From: Octopus sinensis
Taxonomy: Eukaryota
Assembly: GCF_006345805.1 (NCBI RefSeq)
Contig: NC_043009.1
Coordinates: 29,264,001-29,328,000 of the forward strand
Length of the DNA: 64,000 nucleotides
Reading direction: 5' to 3'
A program made the translations under genes and the position numbers. Under the pieces are notes generated by a model. It was not told where the DNA came from. It did no database searches and saw only the letters and a program-made list of their open reading frames with translations. Below, in pieces: positions 1 to 11,973 of the stretch. Within the stretch, counting starts at the first letter, position 1. Each line of letters begins with the position of its first letter.

Positions 1-929
1 TCTGACGATAAAGCGATCTGAAGGGAATTCAGCTGTTGACCTTTACTAAACAATGCAGACATTTTGACTATCCTTTCTCAGATATAGAACAACATGACTA
101 GGCAAACAATAATTTCTTATAGCTCCAAGCATCAAAGGATCTTTCACATTGTCTCGAACAGTAATTCATAACCGAAGAAAAATTCGGGTGTTCTAGTGAG
201 AACATTGCTTAAGGTTGAAACATATTTTATCGTTATTCACAATAAATATTCTTGCCGGATTTCTTTTCTTTAATGTTGATTTCAAGAATATTAATATTAA
301 AATAATAGAATGTTATACAATTCTTTTTATATTGCGTACCAGACTGCATCGTTGAGGTAAAATAGTAAAAAGGAAGAAAATGTAAAAAGAATATTACAGA
401 AAGAAAGCTTTAGCACAGATGTTCTCACCCTGGGGTGGCTACTCACACTGGTTGTGTGAAATAGTATTTCAAGGTATGTAACGAAAAAGCTAAATTATTT
501 CTTTATCGAAATCGTTTTTCAGAATAAAATTATTCATTAACACTTAAAAAACACAAGCTATATTCTATTAAGTATACCAAGATCATTATTATTCTACATT
601 TGTATATTTAACCCTTAAGGATTATAACCAACCTGAGTGAATCTAGATTCAATTTCCTTTCTTCAACCAAATATGCCTGAATCTACAAGGAGACCTGTGA
701 ACCATAACCAGCAAGAAAGGACTACATTTTTGGTAAAGTTATGAATAGAAAGCAAAAACAAAGAATTCTTGTATTTTATGTTCTCAATTGTGATTGACGC
801 CCCTGGTTACAGTTTTATTTTGTGTGTTTGTTAATTGATCAATTTACATTCGAATTAAAAGGTTTTATTTCATTTTGACTTCAGTTTGTTTCTATATGGT
901 GTGGAAAAAGAAATAAAGAACAGAAGTGT

Positions 930-1450
930 CGTATGTACACTGATATTTGTGGTAAATAAAAATGTCTTTCTAGGGCTGCGTGTAAAATGCTTATCAACAT
1001 TCATTAACAATTAACAGAAGCTTTGTTTACTGCACATAGTGTTTTCTATTTTGGTATTTAAATGAAAAAGAAAAGCAACAATTTATAGACACCGGGAGAG
1101 ACATATGACAAAATAGTTGGTGTATGTCAATCTGTGACCAGCCATCAAAAATGAAAGAAAAAAGATAATAATAAATAAACAATTATGCCATATTCATGAT
1201 GGTAACAATTTCTACCTTCTATTTGACAACTGGCAAATGGAAAAAAAAAAGAGAAGGGAGTCGTTATAGCAATTGACTCGGCATTCTGAAGTTACCACCA
1301 AAAATCCACCTTTTTGTAAGCTCATTAGAAGCTTCTAGAAAATCGAATCAGGTGGTGGCTTGACGCTGGTTGGTCAGTTAATCGGCCGATCGCGTGAAAT
1401 GACAGTGATCTCACGTGGTATCGGCACAGCTAGCCAGCGATTCGGTTTCA
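930..1450. repeat. Old dispersed repeat, collinear with 26920-27400
   Basis: Shared blocks in the same order: ggtaaat-aaaatgtc-ttctagg, cgggagagaca, catgatgg, taccttctatttg, gaagttaccaccaaaa-tccacctttt, ttaatcggc-gatc-cgtgaaa-gacagtga, ccagcgattcggtt. Confidence 0.75.
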
Positions 1451-2346
1451 AATCTGCTACAGGGGTTATTTAGTTATTAGAAAATTGGTATTTCTGTCTT
1501 CATGTGTGATATAATTTTTGAAGTAAGCATGAAAATTAGTTTCCTAGGTGTGCAGAGATAAAAAATTTAGGTATTATGGGTTTATCACAACCATGCTAGT
1601 AACGGTAGATGCATAGGCACACTAAGGGTCTTTTGAAAAGGGGTAAAACGATGCAGACACATTGTTTTGATGCAGATATTACCCAAACTGCACCACATAC
1701 ACCTTCATTGCCTTAGCAATAAAAATAAACCAAATAATTAATATCACACATTGCTTCCCTCCTTGCTGTTTTTTGATAAAACATGTGTTTCAGTTTTAAT
1801 GCTTCAAAGCTTTACTATTTCTCGTCCACGTAATTGAATGTAAGATGGTTATGGAGTCCAGAAATATAATACGTGTGCAATGTAATTGTAAATCTGAGGA
1901 ATGTTAGTCTCGTTTAGATGATGTGTGAGACATATGTGAGATACTCGTATTACAAACCTCACAGATATTCGCAGAGAAATCGAAAGTGAAGGAGCAAAGA
2001 GGAGAAAAACATTGCAAGATGTCAACTAACCGTGAAAAGAGAAAATCAAATCTAGTCGTAGAGTGACATAAATGCTGTTGATATATAAGTGATAATGGAG
2101 GACTCTTCGCCGCGATAGTCTTTAAACCAGCACTTAAAATCAAAGAAGCCATTATTTCACATTAGTTATAGGCACTTGCAGTTAGCAGTTTATTATTCTG
2201 GGTTGTTTCATTTTGCATTATTATCAGTAATTTAATTATCATTAGTATGAAGATGTTCTGGAGTGGGTTGGGACAGTTTGGCAGCATCACCCAGTCTTGC
2301 AGTAATGATATGTTACGGTTCTGACAGAAATAGGAAACAACAATAA

Positions 2347-2384
<38 letters not shown>

Positions 2385-2568
2385 ACAACAACAACAACAA
2401 CAACAACGATAGAATGAATAAATAAAAGAATAAAATAAGTCTGCGTTTTTAAAGCCTTATCCTTTCATGAAAAGCTAATTAGGAAAATTAGCCGAACAAA
2501 AGGAAAGGATTAGATGAAATGGACAGACCTAATTGCCTTGATTAGGACACATGCAAATCCAATCCTAT

Positions 2569-2641
2569 ACTACTACTACTACTACTACAACTACTACTAC
2601 TACTACTACAACTACTACTACTACTACTACTAATAATAATA

Positions 2642-2688
<47 letters not shown>
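2569..2688. repeat. Compound (ACT)n/(AAT)n/(GAT)n microsatellite
   Basis: Directly visible trinucleotide runs. Confidence 0.97.
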
Positions 2689-3270
2689 AATCCTTTCTAT
2701 TATACGCACAAGGTCCGAAATTTTGTGGGTGGGGGCTAGTCGATTACATCAACCCCAGTGCACAATCAGTACTTATTTCATGAGCCCCGAAAGAATGAAA
2801 CGAAAGTCAAACTCGAGGGAATTTGAACTCAGACCACTAAGACGGATGAAACGCTGCTAAACATTTAAGGCGGTAAGCTAGCAGAATCGTTAGTCTGCCG
2901 GGCGAAATGCTTAGCGGTATTTCGTCTGCCGTTACGTTCTGAGTTCAAATTCCGCCGAGGTCGACTTTGCCTTTCATCCTTTCGGGGTCGATTAAATAAG
3001 TACCAGTTACGCACTGGGGTCGATATAATCGACTTAATCCGTTTGCCTGTCCTTGTTTGTCCTCTCTCTGTGTTTAGCCCCTTGTGGGTAATAAAGAAAT
3101 AGGTATTTCGTCTGGCTTTACATTCTGAGTTCAAATTCCGCCGAGGTCGACTTTGCCTCTCATCCTTTCTAGGTCAATAGATTAAGTACCAGTTGCGTAC
3201 TGGGGTCGATCTAATCGACTGGTCCCCTTTCCTCAAAATATCGGGCCTTGTGCCTAGAGTAGAAAAGAAT
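2688..3270. mobile_element. Cluster of abundant octopus-type SINE (family A): one minus copy head-to-head with two tandem plus units
   Basis: Motifs ggcgg..gctggcagaatcgttag, ctgagttcaaattccgccgaggtcgactttgcctttcatcc and gggccttgtgcctagagtagaaaagaat; the same motifs recur many times in the window. Confidence 0.9.
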
Positions 3271-3452
3271 GCTGCAAAACAAAACAAAAAGAAAAAGGTT
3301 TGAAGGAATTTTATCGACATATTGAATTAATACTTGAAACCTATAGGCGCAGGAGTGGCTGTGTTGTAAGTAGCTTCTTTACCAACCACGTTGTTCCGGG
3401 TTCAGTCCCACTGCGTGGCGATTTGGGTAAGTGTCTTCTACTAGCTATAATA

Positions 3453-4720
3453 TTGGGTTGTCCGGAAAGTTTGTGCCGATTTATAGTAGCTTACCTTTCG
3501 ACTTATTCTAGAACATGGTTGAGTCCATAAAATAGGATTTGACTACACCTCCATTTAGAGCACAGTTTAAGTTATCTTTTTTGCGGAAAAGGTTTATGTT
3601 CCTATAACCTGTGTTAATTCTGTGTTAAAATGGAAGATAAGAAAGTTCATTTTCGGCACTTGATGCTTTTCTTTTTCCGTAAAGGGATTAATGCCTCACA
3701 AACAACCAAATATGCGCAGTTTACGGTGATGTTTCTTTATCCGAAAGAACTGTACGGAAATGGTTCGCAAGGTTCCGAGCTGGAGATTGTAGCCTTATTG
3801 ATAAAGAGCGATCAGGCAGACCATCCACTACAGAAGATGACCAAATCAAGTCATTAATTGAGAATAACCCACATTGTACAAACCGAGAATTGGCAGAAAA
3901 CCTCAACCCCCATCGTTCATGAGCACCTGGTAAAGCTTGGGTACACAAATCGCTACGATGTTTGGGTACAACATGAGTTGAGTGAGAAGAACCTTTTGGA
4001 TCGCATTCCCATCTGTGATTCGCTTTATAAACGGAATGAAAACGCACCTTTTTTAAAGCAAATTGTGACATGTGATGAGAAGTGGATTATCTACCGAAAT
4101 GTTCAGAGAAAGCGATCCTGGAGTAAGCGACATGAGCCACCTTTAGCCACCCTAAAACCGGGTCTTCACCCTAAAAAAGTCTTGCTTTGTGTCTGGTGAG
4201 ATTGAAAAGGAATTCTGTACTATGAGCTTCTCCCAAGTAACCAGACAATTAGTTCTGAGAAATACTGTACACAACTGGACGAGTTAAAAGCAGCAATTCA
4301 AGAGAAATGTCCAGAATTGGCCAACAGGAAGGGTGCTTCTTTTCCAGCATGATAATGCAAGACCGCACGTTTCTTTGGGAACCAGACAAAAATTGCTGCA
4401 GCTCGCCTGGGATGTGTTACCCCACCATCCATATTCGCCAGATATTACTCCTTCGGATTTCCACTTATTCAGGTCTCTGCAGAATAGTCTTAATGGTAAA
4501 AATTTCAATTCCTCGGATGACGTAAAAAGATACCTTGATGGATTATTTGCCATGAAACCACCTCAATTCTGGGAAGAGGGCATTTTCAAGTTAAAGGAAA
4601 GATGGAAACGCATTGTGCAACAAAATGGTTCATATTTGGTTGATTAAAAATGTAATGGTAAGTATTTATTGACCTTTTTCTTTTCTTTAAAAATCGGCAC
4701 GAACTTACCGGGCAACCCAA
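3453..4720 (+). mobile_element. Full-length mariner DNA transposon (DD34D)
   Basis: 30-bp TIRs: ttgggttgtccggaaagtttgtgccgattt (3453-3482) and aaatcggcacgaacttaccgggcaacccaa (4691-4720), 27/30 matching. TA target duplication on both sides; length 1268 bp. Confidence 0.95.
3630..4647 (+). pseudogene. Mariner transposase, frameshifted
   Basis: Pieces MEDKKVHFRHLMLFFFRKG, WVQHEL, VTCDEKWIIY, HDNARPH and YSPDITPSDFHLF. There are 34 residues between the second and third catalytic Asp; the pieces are spread over several frames. Confidence 0.93.
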
Positions 4721-4759
4721 TAGAAACCTTGTAAGTAGATTTGGTAGACGGAAACTGTC

Positions 4760-4790
<31 letters not shown>

Positions 4791-5269
4791 AGTGTGTGTG
4801 TGTTTGTGTTTGGCACCGCACCATCGCTTGACAACCGATGCTGGTGTGTTTACGTCCCCGTAAATTAGCCGTTCGGCAAAGAAGTCCGATAGAATAAGTA
4901 CTAGGCTTACAAAGAATAAGTCTTGGGAGGGGGTCGATTTCTTCGACTAAAGGCGGTGCTCCAGCATGACCGTAGTCAAATGACTGAAAAAACATAAGAA
5001 TAAAAGAACTGGGCAAAACAGATAAAAAAACAAAACAAGAAGGCAAGAGGTTCCAATACTTTTGTTATACTGGTAATCAGTTTTACTGATAACATTGTTA
5101 ATTCGACGCTGAAAAACAAGCAAGACTAGATAGAAAATAAATACAGTATTTAGAATACGCCACACAAAATCTTTTATCGAATGACTAAATGTTATATAGT
5201 TGAGACGAATATTGAGTGTTAGAGATATTTAAGCAAGTAGAAATATTGTATGAATGCGAATATGTCTTG

Positions 5270-5580
5270 TAAAGGCTTATGGAAAGTTAATGTGAGTAGC
5301 TACGAAACACGAATAAAACAAAACTGTTTGCTATCTTCATTGAAGACAACAACAAGAAAACAGAGACTAAAATGATAGTTACGAGGAGAAAGGAGAAACT
5401 ATAAAAGGAATCAAGAAAGGCTTAAAAACTCAGCTAAGCTAAAAATGGGGCTATAAAACATGAAGCTAAAGCGATGTCAAGAAAAAAGCCCGTGCAAGAT
5501 CAACACCTGACAAAACTGACAAGGTGAAAGCGATACAGATAATTCAAAGTACTGACAGCAGTATGGCACGGCATGTTTTA
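5270..5580 (+). mobile_element. Heavily decayed non-LTR retrotransposon fragment (possibly R4/Dong-like C-terminal region)
   Basis: Purine-rich coding-like decay with a faint resemblance to GL..V..SY and KP.HG motifs; no intact frame. Confidence 0.3.
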
Positions 5581-6289
5581 CAAAATATAATGTTTCATAT
5601 GAAAAAGATTATAAAACACGCGCAGAAGTAGATATATCCATAATAGACGAAGGCTGGAGCAAATCTGTAAAACATTTTGTAAATAAACAATTAAAGAGTA
5701 AAATAAATTGTTAAGAACAATTAACCACACACAGAAAGAAAAACACACTCAGGTGGAACTTCGCAACTCAGATAACCGTCCGCTCTGATCACTTTCTGTA
5801 GTCAAAGTCCCCCAAATATAACCAAACCTTCAGCCTGAGATGATCTGAAATGATCTGTTAAGAATCTTACTTTCGGTTGATAGTGACGCTTGTCTTCGGA
5901 ATTAGACCATGTGAAGAGTCTTGATTTCTGTTCATAGTAACTCCTTATCTACAGGTACATCATTTGTATGGCTTTCAAAAGTAATCTATCTTCTAGGCGA
6001 ACCTGATATTCGGTCTTCGCCTTCTTAGAGTACTATTTGTCTTGTCATCTTTTACATATGTATTTAGTTCGTTTTGTTTTGTTTCGCCGTCAAGGTCAAC
6101 GACATGGTTCTTGGTGTCTTTCGTGAGAAATACTGAGTGTTTGTCATAGTATTTTCAAGGGACAATACAATGGCTGCTTCATGTTGCCCATTTTTGGCCC
6201 TTTTAAATTGTGAAAGATTTTTTCAACGAGATTCTTAAAAATTCACCTCACTTTTCTGGATATTCACAAAGTGAAGAGCCCGGACAAAT

Positions 6290-6750
6290 AATCCTTTCTA
6301 CTACGGGCACAAGGGTCTGACATTTTGCGGTGGGGGTGCTAATCGCTTAGATCGACCCAAGTGTTCGACTGATACTTATTTTCATTGACTCCGAAAAGAT
6401 GAAAGGTAAAATCAACATCAGCGGAATTTCAACTCAGAACGTAAAGACGGACGAAATGTTGTTAAGTATTTTGTCCGGCATGCAAACAATTCTGCCAACT
6501 CGCCGCCTTAAAGCCAGAACAAAAAAAACTTTTCTGCTTTTGGTACGAGACTTGAAATTTTGGTGTGTGTGTGGTGGGGAAGTCGATTACATTGATTCCA
6601 GTGCTTCCGTAGTACATCTTTTATCGGCCCCGAAAGGATAAAAGCAAAGTCGACCTCGGCGAAATTTGAACTCAGAACGTAAAGATGGACGAACTGCCGC
6701 TAAGCATTCTGTCCGGCGTTCTAACGATTCTGCCAGCTTGCCGCCTTAAA
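6290..6750 (-). mobile_element. Two SINE family A copies
   Basis: Reverse-complement family motifs (aaagtcgacctcggcgaaatttgaactcagaacgta, ctaacgattctgccagcttgccgcc). Confidence 0.85.
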
Positions 6751-6922
6751 GCCGCAGAAAATAATAAAGAAAAGTATTTTGTTCCGGAGATGTACTTGCA
6801 TAGCAAGTGACCTGATCTGAGATCGTGTGCTGGCACGAAAACAATTGCAGCGTGGAAGGTGTTTATAAGCCAATTAAGAAACACACAAAATCCGTTAGAT
6901 TCACTTCAACATTTAAGTTTAA

Positions 6923-6973
6923 TTTATCAAAATATTTTCGTCGCTTTGAGACCGCGACCTGTTCACTGACAAA
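6923..6973 (-). ncRNA. Type I hammerhead ribozyme fold with G3-C8 core swap
   Basis: Minus strand reads UUUGUCA GUGAACA G GUCGC GGUCUCAAA GCGAC GAAA AUAUUU^UGAUAAA. Stem I is 7 bp, stem II 5 bp, and stem III is the palindrome AAAAUAUUUU. Confidence 0.7.
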
Positions 6974-7399
6974 ATTCCGTGCTGTATTTTGTTCGCGGCT
7001 GCAATAATTCCGCTAGTTCAGAGCCAAGGAAAAATACAGAGAGGCAGAGGTCATATGCAGCTAGAATTACTTTGTGAATACATATATATCTTAGAAAAAA
7101 GAAAAAACTCATAGAAAGCCAAAGTTGATCTGAGCTCACAATATAAGATCCGGACCAAATATCACAAGGCATTTTCTCGGATGCTCTACCAACTCAGCCA
7201 GTTCGTTGCTCATTTTTAGAGTATGCTAGGATAATTCCTTCCAGTTCTATCGGCACAAAACTATCGACACAATAATAAGGAAACAAGAGATATAACTAGA
7301 TTAAACGAAGAGGCAGCCACTGTTGGAGTGTCTAACCATTATAATATATGGTTAGATACTCCAGAGAGTGGTTTAGTTTTGCCTCTTGTTTCTTTATTA

Positions 7400-7900
7400 T
7401 TGCGCCGACAGTTTTCTCATCTTTCTCTGGGCTCCATTACCTACACATCACTGCAAAATAATCAAATGGCACTGCTACTTGTAGCCCATGTAGCTGGCTT
7501 TGGGCTGGATCAGGAGATTCTTGACCTTGGAACTGTAACTGGTAATGCAGTACGAGCAGAGATATCAACTCTCATGATCTTCATCCCTCGCGTCGTTGTC
7601 TGTTCTAATTCTGCTTGTTGTCCTCATTTATTTATATTTTTCTTTTCCGAGCAGAAAGCCTTCTAAAGGTTCTTACTACCACATGTGTAGCAGTTGGTCT
7701 TGTGGTCAGCCCCAAATATGTTATTGATTTTTCTCTTCGTTGTCTGAACGTATAACTCCTTGGCAGCAATGTGACCCTCGGAGGTCATCAGAACATACAA
7801 GGCAATGCGCTCTTCACCAGACCCATATCACATGTTATTGTAAATCACATCTACAGTCAGCATTCGTCCATCCCCGTGTCACAAAAGCGACGACAATCCA
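7400..7900 (-). mobile_element. Decayed LINE ORF1/gag-like fragment
   Basis: The minus frame with stops reads ...KINNIFGADHKTNCYTCGSKNL*KAFC, resembling a broken zinc knuckle. Confidence 0.3.
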
Positions 7901-8076
7901 AATGCCAACGTCAGTATCAACGTCACTAGTTAAAAATCGCAGTTAAAATTCTCTTGAATGGCATACCACTGTTACAAAGAGAAGAATGCATTGGACAGGT
8001 TTATGTATTGAGGGGAGGGGGATGACGGCTCGGTTATATAAACGGAATCATTTTGATCGTAGGTCTACAACACCGC

Positions 8077-8275
8077 GGAAGAAGAAGAAGAAGAAGAAGA
8101 AGAAGAAGAAGAAGACGACGACGACGAAGAAGAAGAAGAAGAAGAAGAAGAAGAAGAAGAAGAAGAAGAAGAAGAAGAAGAAGAAGAAGAAGAGACGACG
8201 ACGAAGAAGAAGAAGAAGAGAAGAAGAAGATGAAGATGAAGAAGAAGAAGAAGAAGAAGAAGAAGAAGAAGAAGG
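8077..8275. repeat. (AAG)n microsatellite with (ACG) interruptions
   Basis: Directly visible. Confidence 0.97.
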
Positions 8276-8431
8276 AGGCGGCGGCGGTACTGTTGCCACC
8301 ATCACCAACAACAGCAGCAGATTAGTTATACACAAAAGTAAGAAATATGAAAACTTGAGAGTCTAAAAGAACGGTCGTAGAAACACAGCTATCGTTTATT
8401 GTAATAGAAACTTGTGTTTTTGTTGTCCCAG

Positions 8432-8519
8432 AATCTCAAAGACGTGGAACTACAGAGAACACGATACTTGACTTTGGCACAACCCACCGACCTGCACCCA
8501 ATAAGTTTTGGAGAGAATG
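8432..8519 (+). CDS. Candidate internal exon (88 nt), product unknown
   Basis: Acceptor tttttgttgtcccag| and donor aatg|gtaaat. Two frames are open: NLKDVELQRTRYLTLAQPTDLHPISFGENG or SQRRGTTENTILDFGTTHRPAPNKFWRE. Confidence 0.35.
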
Positions 8520-8854
8520 GTAAATGTATTCTTCCAAGGTGAAACAGAACTACTAGTGAACATTTAATTCCTTTTCGGGGGAAGATTTTTCTGCTTGAAA
8601 TGTCAAACTTCTCATTTCACTTGAAGCAAAATAATTTATTCCACTTTGGGAATTTTTTGTATACCTCATAAAAATTTGATCTTAGAAACTAAAGATGATC
8701 ACTAAATACCGCAAGGCACTGAATCTGATCCAGATTTTTTTTTCATTGTTACATTCAGACTAGTCTGTCATTAAATAATTATATGAATGAAACATACAAA
8801 CTCCGTGAAATATGCATATGTTGTTATTCATTTTAGTTTAGCTTAATACTTTCT

Positions 8855-9245
8855 AATTTTGGTACAAGGCCAGCAATTTTGAAGGGAGGTAGAAATTCAA
8901 TTACATTGATCCCAGTATTTGAATGGTATTTTATCGATCCCTGGAATGATGAAAGGCAAAGCAGCTCTCAGCATGATTTGAATTCAGAGCGTAAAGACCC
9001 AAGAAATACCTATTTCTTTACTGCCCACAAGGGGCTAAACACAGAGAGGACAAACAAGGACAGACAAACGGATTAAGTCGATTATATCGACCTCAGTGCG
9101 TAACTGGTACTTATTTAATCGACCCCGAATGGATGAAAGGCAAAGTCAACCTCGGCGGAATTTGAACTCAGAACGTAGCTGCCGACGAAATACCGCTAAG
9201 CAATTTGTCCGACGCGCCAATGATTCTGTCAGCTCGCTGCCTTAA
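8855..9245 (-). mobile_element. Tandem SINE family A
   Basis: Reverse-complement family motifs, two units. Confidence 0.85.
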
Positions 9246-9289
9246 CGTTGTTTATGATAACAGATTACAAATAAAATTGATTGCTAGCG

Positions 9290-9545
9290 AAGGCGAATGG
9301 GTTAGGGATTAGCAGTGTCGGACTCACAATTGTAAAGTTGTGGTTTCGTTTCTCGGACTAGGCAGTGTACCGTGTCCTTGAGTAAGAATGACTCCTGTGG
9401 AAATGAGTATCAACAACAGTTATGGGTCAATCGTACGACGGATTGGATTCCCGTTCAGAAAGTAGGGAATATTGTATTCTCAGTCGCCTGTATGCCGTAG
9501 AAACCTGGATGATCTCTTTCCAATGGATCTGAAGGCTCTACAACA
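9290..9545 (+). mobile_element. Decayed tRNA-derived SINE (third family)
   Basis: tRNA-like head, gtgtccttgagtaag core and ctcagtcgcc..tgccgtagaaacc 3' part. Confidence 0.6.
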
Positions 9546-10219
9546 ATGATAACAATATTTTAATTGTTTGATAATGCAATGCCAGTGAAGTCTGCAATTT
9601 CAATAATCTCAAAATCTAAGCCGTGTTTCTGTGAATGTCCTGGTATATTCCACAATTTATATTCTATAGTAAGACTATTCTAAATGTATACCTGTATGAG
9701 AGCTGTTTTATCATTATTATTATTCTTTTTTGCTTTTGTAAAATCTTCGTGGAGCTGGGTTGCATGCTGATACTCAACCATCTTTCCTTGACTGGGCTTT
9801 AAGCCAGCTACAGCAGAGTTTTCAAAGAGTCCCTTGATGTGAATACCGAAAGAATGAATACATATGAAGGACCGGTCAACGAACATCTGGCCCCAGAGAA
9901 CCCAGGAAGGCCTCAAACGCATGAAAGCCAGTTGGACAGGAGCTGGAAGTGGAAGCACTGAGTGACTGATCAACTCCACTAAAGAAGGCTCGTTCTTTAT
10001 GGATCTCACAAAATGGGAAGCTCTAAGTCTAAACGAATTAAATGAAAGCAGCATATTGGCAGGTTTGGGCATATAATCCCTTGAATCGTTAGAACGATGA
10101 TTAAAGGGCCATGCGATATTTTTTCCATTTCCCTGCACTTTGAACTCAAATAACACTGAGGTCACGTTCTTGTAGTGATTGATACCAGACGTGTGTGTAT
10201 TGAATCTTCTCTCCTGCTA

Positions 10220-10257
<38 letters not shown>

Positions 10258-11529
10258 CCTCTCACTCTCTCTCTCTTGGGGTTTCATTTCAGTATGAGAA
10301 AGGTTATGGACAACCACTCATAGCATCCCTTACTCAGAGATGGAGAAGGGTTGAGTGAGGAGACAACAATCTTGTCTTCAAGAAAAAATGTTATAATACT
10401 AAAACTGCTGCAGAGTGGACCGAGGAGGAAGAGGCACAGTGTAAAACAGAAATAAAAGAAGACTTAAGATACACCAGTGATAGACCAGTGTAAGATCTTT
10501 GCTGAAATACAAACATGCATGTATGGTAACAAATTTGAAATTATATTCAGGCATACCTATTGTGCTGTGACGACTGGCATGCCAAAAAATAGGCCCTATG
10601 TTTTCGCTGTGTGTCGTAGAAGGCGACCAAATAAGGTTTAGGTAGGATCTGCTCTCTGACCTCGTAAAACCCTCACCATCAACGAATACCCAAACAGACC
10701 CATAGGCTGGAGAGCTTTCGCCTGAGTGGTGCTAGATTGTCAACCACAAGATTTAGTATGGAATCCCCAACAGATGGTAGATGCAGCGACGCGCCGTTAC
10801 AGCGCATGTCCCCATACTGCTGTTGCTACTGCTGTTGTTACTACTACTACTATTACTACTTAGGTACAGGTGGGGGGCAATGTACATGCATATACTTAGG
10901 GATTTGTTAGATGTCTTAAGTTCTTTGCTATTAAGAGTAAAGATATTTCTATGAGAGACAACAAAATGGGGGAAGAAATATTGTAGAAAACAAAGAAAGC
11001 GAACTCATCAGATACATCAAGGAATCTGGTTCCAGTCGATTATAAGACAAATGGCACACACACACACGCACACACGTGCACACGTGCACACGCACATGCA
11101 GAGTTGATGATATCTTGGAAATGCTTCCGTAGCTTGGATGACTGCGGTGGGAATGGCGGCAGCAGTTGTTGGAGAAATAGCATAGGTGTGGGCGTTGGTG
11201 GCGGAAAGTAAATATTGCTTTAGCAGCATTCAACTTTTGGCCATGGCAACGCTTCGCATCAACCACACGGCAATAATAAACATAACAACAACAACAACGG
11301 CAAGAACTACAATAACAAATATACCCACAAGAAGGAGAGGAAGAAGAAGAAGAACAACAACAACAATAGTAATGATTATAACGAAATAAAAAAGAAAACA
11401 AATACAACTTCAGCAAAACTAAAATATTTTAGTTTGCTGAAGAAGAGGAAGAAAAAAAAGGAAAAGCAATGAAGGAAAAAAACGTGTAATTTAGTAATTT
11501 AATATGTTTAACGCCAAAATAATAATTAT

Positions 11530-11550
11530 ACAGTAATAATAATAATAATG

Positions 11551-11581
<31 letters not shown>

Positions 11582-11937
11582 TAATAATAATAATAATAAT
11601 AATAATATTAATGATAATAATAATAATAATAATAATAATATAATGATAATAATAATAATAATGATAATAATATAATAATAATAATAATATAATATTAATG
11701 ATAATAATAATAATAATAATAATAATAATATAATAATAATAATAATAATGATAATAATAATAATAATAATAATCAGATACATCATCATCATCGTCATCAT
11801 GGTCGTCGTCATTGTCGTTGTCGTCGTCATCATCGTCATACATAATTTGTTCGATACCTTCATTATGACTATTGATACTGTCATCAATCTTATTTTTCAT
11901 CGTCGTCATCGTTATCGCTGTCGCCATCGCTGCCGCT

Positions 11938-11972
<35 letters not shown>
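11530..11972. repeat. (AAT)n and (CAT/CGT)n microsatellite block
   Basis: Directly visible. Confidence 0.97.

Positions 11973-11973
<1 letters not shown>

Larger units (their letters stand above)
3346..5008 (+). mobile_element. SINE family B (tRNA-like head ggcgcaggagtggctgtg...) split by a mariner insertion: parts at 3346-3450 and 4723-5008
   Basis: The left part ends ...gtgtcttctactagcta and the right part resumes gaaaccttgtaagtagatttggtagacggaaact. The uninterrupted arrangement is seen at 41921-42200. Confidence 0.85.
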
